Shown: positions 26,522 to 38,637 of the stretch, one piece after another | How the letters are laid out: every line of letters begins with the position of its first letter | Numbering within the stretch: the stretch's first letter is position 1 | Assembly (NCBI GenBank): GCA_015680685.1 | Contig: MNCI01001841.1 | Coordinates: 124,373 to 188,372 of the forward strand | Direction: 5' to 3' | DNA from: Gnetum montanum | Taxonomy: Eukaryota > Plantae > Gnetophyta | DNA length: 64,000 nucleotides | Program-made: the position numbers and the translations under genes | Notes under the pieces: model-generated | Told to the model about the DNA's origin: nothing | Databases searched by the model: none | What the model saw: only the letters and a program-made list of their open reading frames with translations

Positions 26522-27724
26522 TTGGCCCCTCTTTGTTGATGTCTAGAAGAATTCACTTGAGAGGTGTCGACAAAGAAGTGCAAAACATCATGAACAACCA
26601 AGCATCAAGCATTAACTGTCAGTCCTTGGCCAGATGTCATCACACCATGTTCAAAAGTATATGGGATTGGGGAAGTGTAGTTCAAGATGCAAGGGAATTG
26701 ATTGTAACTGGGAGAAGCCAGGAGTTGATCAAGGGTTATAATTGCTGCCAAGATTGTGGGAGAGGGATGCTCTCACGTGAATGAGCTATATCCTTGGTCC
26801 TTGTCAATAGCCAGTGTTTAGCAGACTCGGAGCCAAGACATAGGAGGTTCACTCTTTAGAGAAACGGGACTCTTATAAAGTGTTTATGGGGCCCATTGTA
26901 AATAGCCAAAGCCATGCGATGATGTGCAACATGATCTCTTTGAGATACGAGTGTAACGATTTTCCAAGACAATTGCCTTCTCGCCTGGGGCTTGTATGAG
27001 AATAGCCAATAGTCTTTGGTTTATGATGTCAATGGGATCATGAAAACATTTTTCATGCATTTTTCTCTTTGACCCTTGTGTTCTTTTTCTTTTTGTTTGT
27101 TTCTTATTTTCCTTTGTTTTTGTTTTCTTTTCTATTTTTCTTTTCTTCTTTTGAGTTCTTTTGAAAGAGCTTGCTTTTAGTACTGTGCTAGTGCTCGAGC
27201 GCTTGCATTTTGTATTATGTATCATGTACTATGTTTTGCGTTACAACTGCTTAGAGAATCACAGTGTGTAACAATGTATCAAGAGCTTTGGGGTGAGTAG
27301 AACGTATCCAACGGTAATTGAATAGGATAAGGGGAACATGATGGGAAATAGGGAATGCATCAAGAGTTGGGAATGTACTTATGAACGGATTGATTAACCC
27401 AGTTGTGGGCATTAGGAAGAATGTGATACCTTGTCATCATGATGAAGTGCATCCATGCACTAATGCCTTAGGCGTGTCATCTTGAAAACAGAAATCCAAG
27501 GAGATAGGGGAAGCCACAAATGATTTGGTTAGCTAAGCACTTTAAACCTGAAAGCAAACAAGGAGATGGAGCCACTGCGTGCAATTTAAAAGCAAACAGC
27601 ATCATGAACAACATCAGCCTCAATAATGTCTATGAGACAAATTATGCAACAAGTTCTTTATGGAACAGGCACAACCAATTGCAACAACATATCTTTTCAA
27701 GTATTGCCTAGTCGTCAATGATGT

Positions 27725-28280
27725 TGCTAGTTTATAGTCTTAGTAGACTATTGTGAATTAGTTTCACATCATAACCCTTTGAACGGCACCAGGTTAGCAT
27801 CATAGCAGATGGTGCATTGCTAGTTTATAGTCATAGCAGACTATGAAGAGGCAAACCAGTTTATAGTCTTAGTGGACTCTGGGTGCTAGTTTTATGTCAT
27901 GGCAGACAAACGTGGCATTTTAGTATCATATCAGACAAAGCTCTGTGGTGTCGGTTTAATGTCATGACTCTAGGACATTCTATGATGCTAGTTTCAAGTC
28001 ATAGCCCTAGGACCATTATGTGGTATGAGTTTTAAGTCATAATGCTAGGACTATTCTGTGGTATCAGTTTTAAGTCATAATGCCAAGACTATTTTGTGGT
28101 ATTAGTTTTAAGTCATAATACCAGGACTATTCTATGGTATCAATTTTAAGTCATAATGCTAGGACTATTCTATGGTATTAGTTTTAAGTCATAATGTTAG
28201 GACTGTTCTGTGATATCAGTTTTAAGTCATAATGCTAGGAATATTCTGTGGTATTAGTTTCAAGTCATAATGCCAGGATT
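27725..28280. repeat. 3' UTR tandem array of D, including seven homogeneous 38-bp units at 28021-28280
   Basis: Unit TGGTATCAGTTTTAAGTCATAATGCTAGGACTATTCTG, preceded by more degenerate copies. Confidence 0.9.
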
Positions 28281-28299
28281 GTTACATACCTCAAGTTCA

Positions 28300-31200
28300 T
28301 CATATATAGTACCGTTTTAGGTACAAGTGATTCATGGGATTAGCAAACTCATTCCCTTTCATGTCCACAAGTTTGAATGCTCCATTATTGTGCACCTTGG
28401 TAACCAAATAAGGCCCTTCCCAGTTGGTTGAGAATTTGTCTGGATGTTCACGGGTAGCCTTAAGGACTAAGTCTCCTTCTTTAATCAGGTGTTTGTGTAG
28501 ATCATGTTTGTGTCTTTTCCACTGTTTTTTTTGGTACCACTCGATTTGATCAAGTGTTTGAACATGTTCTTCCTCTATTGAGTCGAGGTCAACAATGCAT
28601 AGTTTATTATTTTGACTTTCATCGAAGAGGCTCGAGAGAGCTATCCGTAACAAGGAAACCTGTAACTCTAAAGGTAAAACAACTTCAAATCCGTACACAA
28701 GACTATATGGAGTTTTACCTGTAGATGTTCGATGCGTTGTTCTGTATGCCCACAATGCATAGACTAATTGTTCATGCCATCATTTCTTGCTCTGATTTAG
28801 CATCTTTTTGAGCACCATGATGATAGTTTTTTTTGTAGCCTATGCTTGACCATTGCTCTATGGCTAGTAAGGTGATGAAAATGCATGTTTAATACCCAGG
28901 CTTTCATAGAAAATTTTAGTATCTGCACTGCTGAACTATGGCCCATTTTCAATAATGATGGTCATCAGAATGCCAAAATGGATCATGATATTTTCTATTA
29001 TGAAAGTGAAAATATGTTTTGAAGTGGTCTTCCTAAGGGGAATAGCTTCTACCCATTTTGTGAAGTATCCAGTTGCGATGATAATATAGTTATGTCTCAC
29101 AGAGGATGATGGCATTATCGGTCCAATTAAGCCTAATCCCAATTTTTGGAATGGCCATGTGATTTGTGTTATGTGCAATTCGTTAGGTGGCACGTGTATT
29201 AGGTTGCATGTGTATTAGGTTACCATGCCTTTGGCAAATGTCACATGTTCTGACCTTGGAGATGCAATCGTACTCCATGTGTGGCCAGTAGTAGCCTATG
29301 TGCCTAATCTTTGTTGTCATTGCTTTGGGTGCAATGTGCCCTCCACAAATTCCTTTGTGGACTTGTTCTACAATTGTTTGATTGTCAATGCTACTAACGC
29401 ACATCAGCAAAATTTCTTCATAGGATTTGCAACACAAGGTGTCTCCTATTAATGCATATTGCCGAGAGCATTTTCGCAATGCGTCCTTTTGAGTGTTTGT
29501 CAAATGTTGTAGGGCTTCGCCTCGTAGAAGGTACTCTTTTATGTCATCGTACCATTCTATTGCGTGTGTTGTGCTAATGGATGCTATAGGCATTTCTTCA
29601 AGAGTGTTAATCATAGGTTTGGCACAACTTGTTATAGAGCTAGGCAATGCATGGAACATTTCAGGTGTCATGTTTAAGGCTAATGTAGCAAGTGCATTGG
29701 TGATGGTGTTTTTGCTTCTAGGGACATGCTGTATATTCATTTCTACTAGTTGCCTTAGCAGATGTTTGGTCAAATCATAATACAGTTGCAAATGGAGAGC
29801 CTTACATGTGTAAACCTCAGTGACTTGATTAATGACTAGCTGTGAATCACATCGAACTACAAGATGTGAGATTCTCGAAGTCAACGCTGCTTGAAGACCT
29901 CTAAGAAGACGTTTGTATTCCACCACATTATTAGTACAAGGAAAGGTTAATTGGTAGGTGAAGAGTTGGATTTCTCCAGAGGGGTATGTTCAAATGGCCG
30001 CAGCACTTCCTCCTCGGGAGGTTGAAGCTCCATCGAAATAGAGGATTGCCTCGTAGTTGTTAGGTACGGTGTCTATACTATTAACATTCTTGTTAGGGAA
30101 TTTAGGGTTTATCATTGCTTGATCATGTGTTGGAGAGACAGTTAACTCTGTGACTATTGCTTGATCTTTTATGGAAGATTGAGCAACATAGTATAGGTCA
30201 AACTCTGCGATCATCGCTTTCCACCTAGCTATCCTACTCAACTCGTAGATGTTGTTGGTGATTGCGTGGAGTACATTATTCTTGCAAATGATGTAAACTT
30301 GATTGCAGAAGAGATAATGCCACCATTTCTTTAAGGCAAAGATGATTGTGAGGCATGATTTCTCTACATAGTTGTATCGTTGTTCATAGGAAATTAAAGC
30401 ATGGCTTAGGTAATATACCAGGATCTCAACTCCATCTTGACATTTTTGACAAAGCATTGATGCAATGGAAGAATCAGAAGTTGCAAGGTAGATGTAGAAG
30501 GGTTTATCGCCTTGATGGGGATAAACTATTGGTAGTTGATCTAGTTCTTTCTTTATGTGCTCGAACGCTTCTTGGCATTGTTGAGTCCATTGGAAATGCA
30601 CATTCTTTTGTAGTAGGTGCTGCATAGGTCTCAACTTATCCATTAGCCTCTCGATAAAGCACCTTATGAACTACAGTCTACCTTGGAGACCACGTAGTTC
30701 GGTAAGGTTCTTTGGCGGTTGCATATTAGTTATTGCCTTAACCTTATTAGGGTCTACTCGTATTCCTATTTCAGAGACTACAAAACTAATCATCTTGCCT
30801 GTTTGGACATCAAATACACACTTCTTTAGATTGAGTCTAAGGTCATATTTGAGATAACTTTTAAGCACTAGGTCCAGATCTTTTGCATGTTGTTTAATTG
30901 TTTTAGATTTAACCGCAATATCGTAAATGTAATCATTGAGCAAATTAAGCATGTAATCACTAAATATATATGTCATTGCCAGTTGATATGTAGCTCCTAC
31001 ATTTTTAAGGCCAAATGACATCATCGTATAGCAAAATATGCCCCAAGGCATCATAAAAGTTGTTCTAAGTTGATGTTTCGGATTGATTCTTATTTGATTG
31101 TATCCTGAAAATCCATCCAAAAAGGATAATAGTGCATGCCCAGCAGTCATGTCAATAAGTTGATTGATGCTAGGTAGCGGGAAGTCATCCTTTATAGTGT

Positions 31201-31863
31201 CTATGTTGAGATCACAGAAGTTAATGCATATGCATATGCTACCATNCTCTATGTTGAGATCACAGAAGTTAATGCATATGCATATGCTACCATTCTTCTT
31301 AGGGACTACTACAATATTTGATACCCAATCAGAATAGTCAACAACCTGAATGAAACCTGCTTGGTAGAGCTTTGTGATTTTAGCACGGACTGCCAAAGCC
31401 ACCTCAGGACTAACCTTTCATGCATTTTGCTTCAGCAGTTTAATTTTTTTATTGAGAATGATGTTGTGTTGGACGATTCGGGGGTCTAATCATGGCATGT
31501 CGGTATATGACCATGCAAATGTTTTTATGTTGTATTTCAGTATTTGAGTGATGTCACTGACAAGTTGTGAGTCTAGTAGGGTGCTTAATTTCAACATTCT
31601 AGCTTCACCATTAAATGTAGTAATGGGGACTTCAACAAGAGGATCTCCAGTGATATTATCAGCTTCTAGATCCAAAGTCTTAGTCATATTCTTAGGCCAG
31701 TCTGACGTTTCTTGAGTGGAGGCTATTAAATTAGTATAGGTGGATGCGTCTAGATCCAAGGATTCTAGATTGATTGCTCTTTTTACCTCCCCATATGGTC
31801 CACTAAGAGACAATGTTGAAAGGATATTCTTAGTGGCCATGTGCTTGCTCCTGCCAATTTAAA
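28300..31863 (-). pseudogene. pol: Pol of element D: RT, RNase H, aRH, integrase
   Basis: FAWSYTDMP, LSFLDGFSGYNQI, YYLSHAL, aRH motif YFDGAS...DSQLVINQ, integrase HKGICGGH...CDICQ, WAYRTT, WEGPY, YLKRYYI*. Confidence 0.9.
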
Positions 31864-32400
31864 CTAGGAGTGAAGTAAGAGACACCCCCTTGATGAAAGA
31901 GTTACTAAACATAAATGAACATAGGGTATTTCAACTATGTGCTGACAAAATTGGGAGACGCAGTGGTAGTCATGGCAGTTTTAGGCCGTACCGGGCCAGA
32001 TGGTAGTTTTAGTCCATACTAGGCCGCTAGTATTCATGTTGACTTGTCATGAGTGTATGCGGCATTTTTAAATTTTAAATTTTTTTTGTGCGAACAATTA
32101 GTTTATGAGGCTTTAAAATTTTTTGGATTTTTAAATGTTTATATATGTGTGCATATTTTGTTTTTATTTTTTATTTTGTCCTAATTTCAACTTTTCATCC
32201 CTCCCTTTGCATAATAACTTTCTTTGGCCTTACCTCCAAAGGCTAGAATAATGAGGAATATTAGGCCAACATAAAATAAATATGACATAAATGAAAAAAA
32301 AATTTAGACATGGTAAATTTAAATAAATAAAATAAAAGGAAATAAGATAAAATGTTTTGGGTTTAAAAGGGGGTTTTGAAGTGAAGGAAGGGGGTTTTGT

Positions 32401-33915
32401 GCTAGCATGAGTTCTTGGACTGTAGCATGAGCTAGGAGTGCAATGTGAGCTATAGCATCAGCGTTAGCATGAGCAAGCCAACCATGAAGGACAAGGGCAG
32501 AGGAAAGGCAAGCTGAGAGAAAGGGAAGAGGTAGGAAGATCTGGCATTTGTGGAGGAGAGTGAAGGGCTTCTCCAACACCTACGCCAAGCTAGGATTCCA
32601 ACATCGGATGGGGCCCTACACAGGTAGATTTGTTTTCTTTTGCTTTTCTTCTGGCATTTTCAAACAACGTTAGCTATGGCAGAATTTTATGGCTGCAATT
32701 TTAGGGTTATTTTGGGATTTATCTGGGATTTGTGGTTTTCTAGTCTTGATTCTTTGTGGCATCAGCATGAGTGCCTAGGGCGTGAGTGCAAGTTACGTCA
32801 TAAGTGTTAGGGATATCCTGCACAGCATGAGCTTTTAGGGCTCCTTGGCAATGTGACTTTTTAGCCTTCATGGGCTTCCTGGGCCGTAATATTTTTAGCC
32901 TTCTTGACTGCCAAGGAAAGGCAAGCATGAGTACTAAGCTTTCTTGTGTAGTGTGACTTCTAGATTTGTTTTGCTGGGTAGCATGACTGCCAGGGGAAGG
33001 TTGGTTTTCCTTTTTCTTACAGCATGAGCCACGTTATTGGGGAGGTTTAAGCGTGATTGCCAAGTTTCTGAGTATCATCAATTTCTTTTCTTCTATATAG
33101 TGTGACCACTAGCATCTTGGGCAGCGTGAGCTATAGGATAAGGGTTCAGGGTAGCGTTAGCTACAGGTTCCAGGGCAGTGTGAGCTAGGTTTTTCAGCTT
33201 TTGGGGCTTCCTGGGCCGTAGAGTTTTTCAGCTTTTTTGGGCATCCTGGGCCGCAAGGTTTTTCCTTTTTCAGGCATCGTGACTTTCAAGCCAAGAAATG
33301 GCCAGCATGAGTTTGGGCTGAGTTTTAGGCCACAAAAAGGGCCAGCATGAGGTTCAGGCCACAAAAAGGGCCAACATGAGTGTGGACCAAGAAGGCCTAT
33401 GTTGCAGAAGAAGGCTTGTTCTTCTTGGTAACATGAGCTGCATTGCAGGGAAGGCCTATTCTTTTTTTTCTATTTTTGCATTGGCAACGTGACTGCCAAG
33501 TTCCTAAGCAATGTCAAATTTTTCTATGCAATGTGACCACTAGTGTCTCGGGCAACGTGAGCTACAAACAAGGGTTCCAAGGTAGCGTTAGCTGCAGGGT
33601 TCCCTAGTTTGAAATGTGAGTTCTGTGGGAGATAGGCATCGTGGGTAGCTGGAACAGGCCTTGATCCCCTGTAGCATGAGTTGCTGGTTCCCAACATGAG
33701 CTGGAATGTAGAGAACCCAGCGTGAGTGTTGGGGAGGTAGGTAGTGTGATTTTGCTAGAATAATCCCCAACGTGAGCCCTCCCAGCATGAGTCATTTGGC
33801 AACAGGCCCCAGCATGAGTTTTTCCCAGCATGATTCATCATTTGGGAAGCTGCAACGTGAGTTGTCCCTTGGGAGGCTGCAGTGTGAGTTGCCCCTTGGA
33901 AGCTGCAGCGTGAGT
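32401..33915 (+). repeat. Dense AGCATGAG/AGCGTGAG motif array in the promoter and first intron of the antisense gene of D
   Basis: Dozens of gcatgag, gcgtgag, acgtgag and gtgtgac units, essentially all in the same orientation. Confidence 0.85.
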
Positions 33916-36900
33916 GTCCAGGTTCTCTTTGCTGAGACATGAAAATGTAGAGTGCTTTCCAAGATGTTTGTTATTTACTGCTTTCTATATTTATATCATT
34001 TATTATTTTCCTGAGACTAATGATTTAAACATTGTTTTAGTGAGTGTTCATGTTCTGGACTTGTGTGTAGATTTACTGTGAAATGGATTTTGATGTACCC
34101 CACTGAGTGTCGAATACACTAAATAGATATTGGTGTCCTTGTCTCATGGGGTGAAGTTGTGCATTTAAAGTATTTTTTATGTGATTTTAACCTATTGTTA
34201 GCACTTAGATTCTTCAGTTACCTAATGTTTTTGCTGTATGTAAGGGACCTAAACCTTCTCTTGTCGTAGTTCAGCTTGTTGGCGTACTTACTTGGTTTGG
34301 CCCCTTTGGACCGGACACACCTCCTTATGACATGCAAATTGGGCCCCATGTGATATGGTTCCATCCCGATGTTAGTTCATTTTAATCATTCATCTTGTAA
34401 AATTATAGTGTGGTCATATGGTCTCATGTGAGTGAACAGTTGGCTTGTGATATCATCGAGACAGTGTTTCCTAGGTCTACATAAGGCATGCTTGCCTTTA
34501 TTATTGATATTGATGAGGGACTTTTTAGGGTTGAGGGAGGACCTACAAAGGGTCCTAGATCTACACGTCCTAATAGCAGCAACACACTTTTCTTAGCCTT
34601 CCATGTGCACACTCTATTCTAGAACTCACCTGGGATAGTATATAGAGTGGATAGGTATGCTCCTTTGCACCTTGCTTTACTTTTTGATTCCTTTTTAAAT
34701 TTTATGTCATCGTCTAAATGTAAATGTTGTTTTCCTATTGCAGGACCCATTTTGATGAACATGGGATGCGCGATGATGATGGTGGGCTTGCCTTAGCGAG
34801 CATAGCGTTAGACACATTCATGGTGGGCCCCATTCTTTGTGCCACGGTGTTGGACCAAACAAAGGTGACCCTTGTTTACTACCATAGGAAATTTTCAAGA
34901 GCCTTTGAGCACTACTAGGTTCGTGGTTGGTTACATGAGGATTAGTCTTCTAATGGGCCAATTTTTCCTTAAAGAATTGATTCTGCACCTACCCCACCTA
35001 CACCATTTCCTTATGGTAAATGACCACACTCTAGACTCTATTTTCTTTTTCATTGCACCCTTGCATATTATGTTTTCTTTTTAACTCTTCACTTTATGTT
35101 TTCCTTTTTATAGCAGCCATCACCTCCAAAGAAGTTACTATTATAATAGGACGTACTGAGGCAACCCTTTTTATGAAATATGGGGAGGTATAGCAATCAT
35201 AACAATGGTTGTAGAAGAGAGCTTTTGATTTGATCATCAGCCGCCTTACCTGGGCAGGTTTGATGGACTTGTTCATAGCTTTGACTCCTAGTATTCCGGC
35301 TACTAAGATATTCACCATTGTTGATTCTTTTAGTAACGATGCTTCCCATTTCACCATGCGGGTTCAAGGAGTCAATGTATCTTTTCACTTGACCATTGAG
35401 TTCCTTTCTAATCTTTTTGGTGTACCCATGGATGATGCCATAAAGCAACTAAAGAGGGTCAGGTCATAAGAGAGTTGGAGGAGTGGTTAGGTATCTCTTG
35501 AGGTCCTAAGGGCTTTGCCATGCGAGATGATACCCAATCAATGAAGATGAATTTCCTGTATCCTCTCTTCCAAGTGCAGGCATTCCCCAAATCTCTTTCC
35601 CAAGGAAGAAACCTTGGGATTGAGTCCATGCATGTCATTCATGCAGTTTTGGAGACAGGCATGTGCTACAACTTGGCACAATTTCTTGGATCTTGTTTTC
35701 ATGGAGAGATTGTCAAGTTACGTTCAAACATCCATGCTAAATTCCATTTTACATTTGCTTTCTTCGTGGGGTACCTACGTAGGTTTGCTGAGTTCCATGT
35801 AGTTTATGATGATAACCACTATATTTTGATGAACCGTTCACAACTGTCCCACCCTTGGATTCATCATTTTTTTGGCACCACTAGATCCCAATACCCACTT
35901 GAAGACATTGATGAATCAGTATGAGTTACTAGTGGAGGTGTGGCCAGCCGTTCCCATCATTCCCATTATAGCTTGGGATTGGAACTGCCTAGGCTGCACA
36001 TGTCTGTTAAAAGGGCTAAATGTTTGATTGGTGAGACTGTTGGGAAGTCTAAGATGAAGGTGAAGAGGAATGAACGCCCAAGAGAGCCTGTTCTAGATAT
36101 AATACCACCAAGATCAAAGAAGATTCGGTTTGTATTTCTAGTGGAGGATAAGTAGTTTATTTTATTGTTATATATTTATTATTTTTTTTGTTTTTTTTGG
36201 CCTATACACTATATATAATATGTTAGACTAACCCTAAGATTCTGGAATAATCAGAGGAAAATCCTAAGAAAGAGAGAGAGGCTTTGGCCCCAATGGTTGA
36301 CCCTGAGGTGGTTGTCACAAGGCCGGAGGAAGAGGCGAAGGAAAGAGAAGAAATGATTGAAGAACCTCCCACCTCACAAGAGGAAGATGTGACAAACGTC
36401 ATGGGACAAAGCTTGTGAAGGCTTTAGATGCACTTAGGCATTCAAATGATGAAAGAGGTGTCTTCAATGGTTTCTTTGATGGATCTTTGCAACTTGGTAA
36501 TCCGCCCAAGCTAAACAGTAGAGGGCTTTTTGGTATATTCCTTTTAGCTTAATCCATGTTTTCCATCCTTTAATTTTCATGTTTTGTTCTTGATTATCTT
36601 GATTATTTCTAGCATCAGAGGTAGATGCTGAGATTTCTGAGGCACATACATCTTAGGCAGAGGTGTCAGGATCATAGGTTCCAATTGAGATGAAGTCCCC
36701 TGCTTGTCCCACATCAACTGACCAGCTAAGGCCATGGCCTGAGATGCCTAACAAAATGGACTTTGTTAAGGGCATTGTTAATGATGTGGTCGCTCACCTA
36801 CAAGAAGCTCATCCAAAGCTAGGTATTTGTACATTACCTATTATGCTAAGTATCTAGTTTTATTTGTGTTTCTTTGCATTCATTTTTTTATTTTAGGTGA

Positions 36901-37897
36901 TTCATGTGTGTGGTGCTTACACCTGTAGGCACCAAGCTCCAGTGGGATCCTTCTAAAGCTACTCACATTGATGCTCTCTTAGAACTACCAGGGAATATTG
37001 AGCAAGTCCCTAGAAATGTGTACAATGCAGTTTCTAGTTGCATTATATAAAATGCCAAGTCGCTTTGGACTTGTAGGCATTCGGTTGAGTATCTATGGGA
37101 TGAGGTGCATTCATTGAAGGAAGCACTAGCAAAGGAGAGAGAGGAGAAAAGGGATCTCCAATCCCATTATGATCTTGCTACTGCTAGACTATCTAGTGAT
37201 AGCACTTAGTGTACATCTAAAATGACCTATGCACATTACTGGATGGTTTTGAGTAGAAAAGTGCAGGTGACACGGGATTTAGCAGAACAAAGAGCACAGA
37301 TGGATTTTCTAAACAAGAAATGTCATGATTGGAAGTCCTTTGTTGCAAAAGTGAGGAAGTGGGGTCAAGACCAAAAGGACCACAAGAATCAATATAAGAA
37401 ATGGTTAAATGAGGAGTCAGTTGAACAGTGCCAGATGGAGATGTTCATCGATGGGTTAGGCTTGTGGCCTGCTTATGACAAGTTTCTTGAGTGCACCGAG
37501 GTGGAGGGATCTCCCAAGAGAACCATTACTACTACCTCTGAGAAGGCTTCGATAGGCATGTTCTCTCTTGAGCATCCTACCTGGACTTTGGTGGACAAGG
37601 GTAAAACCCTGGCTGGTATTGATCTTGGCTTGGAGGAGGATTGGGCAAATGTGCTCGAGGGGGAGATTCTACGACGTTTGGAGGCCAACTTAGGGCCTTC
37701 CTCACTTGTGAGTGTTTTATTATGGCATTTATTTTTGTATGATTTTGTTGTTTTCATTGTTAGTGTTACTATTTATGATTTTCTTTACTACTCTTACCTA
37801 TTTTTTTTTGTTTTCTACTTTTTTATAGGGACATGTTAATGATGGAGCTGGCCCCAGTAGAGCGAGAGCGGATGATGAAGAGGGTCTTGGGGATTAG
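32469..37897 (+). pseudogene. Antisense multi-exon gene of element D (basic N-terminus, FCP1/HAD-like pseudo-phosphatase, plant-transposon-protein-like domain, acidic linker, coiled coil)
   Basis: Predicted exons 32469-32623, 34071-34169, 34244-34654, 34744-35015, 35114-36151, 36227-36532, 36613-36822, 36929-37707 and 37829-37897 (TAG). Introns are T-rich with GT-AG ends, one acceptor apparently mutated. Scattered in-frame stops. Confidence 0.7.
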
Positions 37898-38637
37898 CCC
37901 CCTTCCTAGTATTGATGCATGAGTTTGACTATTAGCTTGCTTTTAGCTATTAGATGTTTTGGATTTTCAAATGCCTAATGGGAATGTATGAAGACTAATG
38001 TATGACATGGATTTGATTGTGGTATAAAATGGTGGCATTCTATTTCCACTTTGACATTTAATATATTTTTTTCTTTTTCCACATTTTTGTTGTTTTTTTC
38101 TAATTTTCTCAAGTATATCGCAAACATGCGTGTAGCCGAATGTAAAGTGAGTTTCTAAAATGTAGAGCAAAACATAAAGCAAATATTTGAAAAAGAAAAG
38201 TAACGAAAATGCATGAATCAAAATTGTAGTTTGTAACATCTAAACAAAACTTCGACATAACGTAATGAATATTTGTGAACTTATGACGTATTGGGCTCTA
38301 ATTTAAAGCCATTTTGGGCTGTGCACCTTAGTTTAAAGTCATGGTGGACTGTTGCATCTATGGTGAAAGAGGAGAATGAGGGATTACTAGTTTTAGGCCA
38401 TAGTGAACCGAAGCTGATAACGATTTTTGGGAAACTCCAAGATGAACCAGCCATTTCTAACCATGGCTAGGTTAATGTCATTGCAGACGTTCGCTGGCAA
38501 TTTAACATCATACCAGACGATTGGTAGTTTAATGTCATTTTTGATAATTGGTAATTCACTCTAGTTGTTAAGTTGCTTCTTAACCCTTCGTAGCTTGACA
38601 TGAGGGGTGGGGCATGCAGGTACGATCTTATACTCAC

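Noticed and set aside
16001-26572. TGTCGACA palindromes at 16001 and 26565 as LTR termini
   Set aside because: The shared PPT (AAAGAGGGGCC) places the LTR boundaries at 16225 and 26521 instead.
32469-37897. Interpretation as an ordinary host gene surrounded by transposons
   Set aside because: A diverged homologue occupies the same position relative to RT in element C, shares cis motifs with its own LTR, and has decayed like the pol genes.
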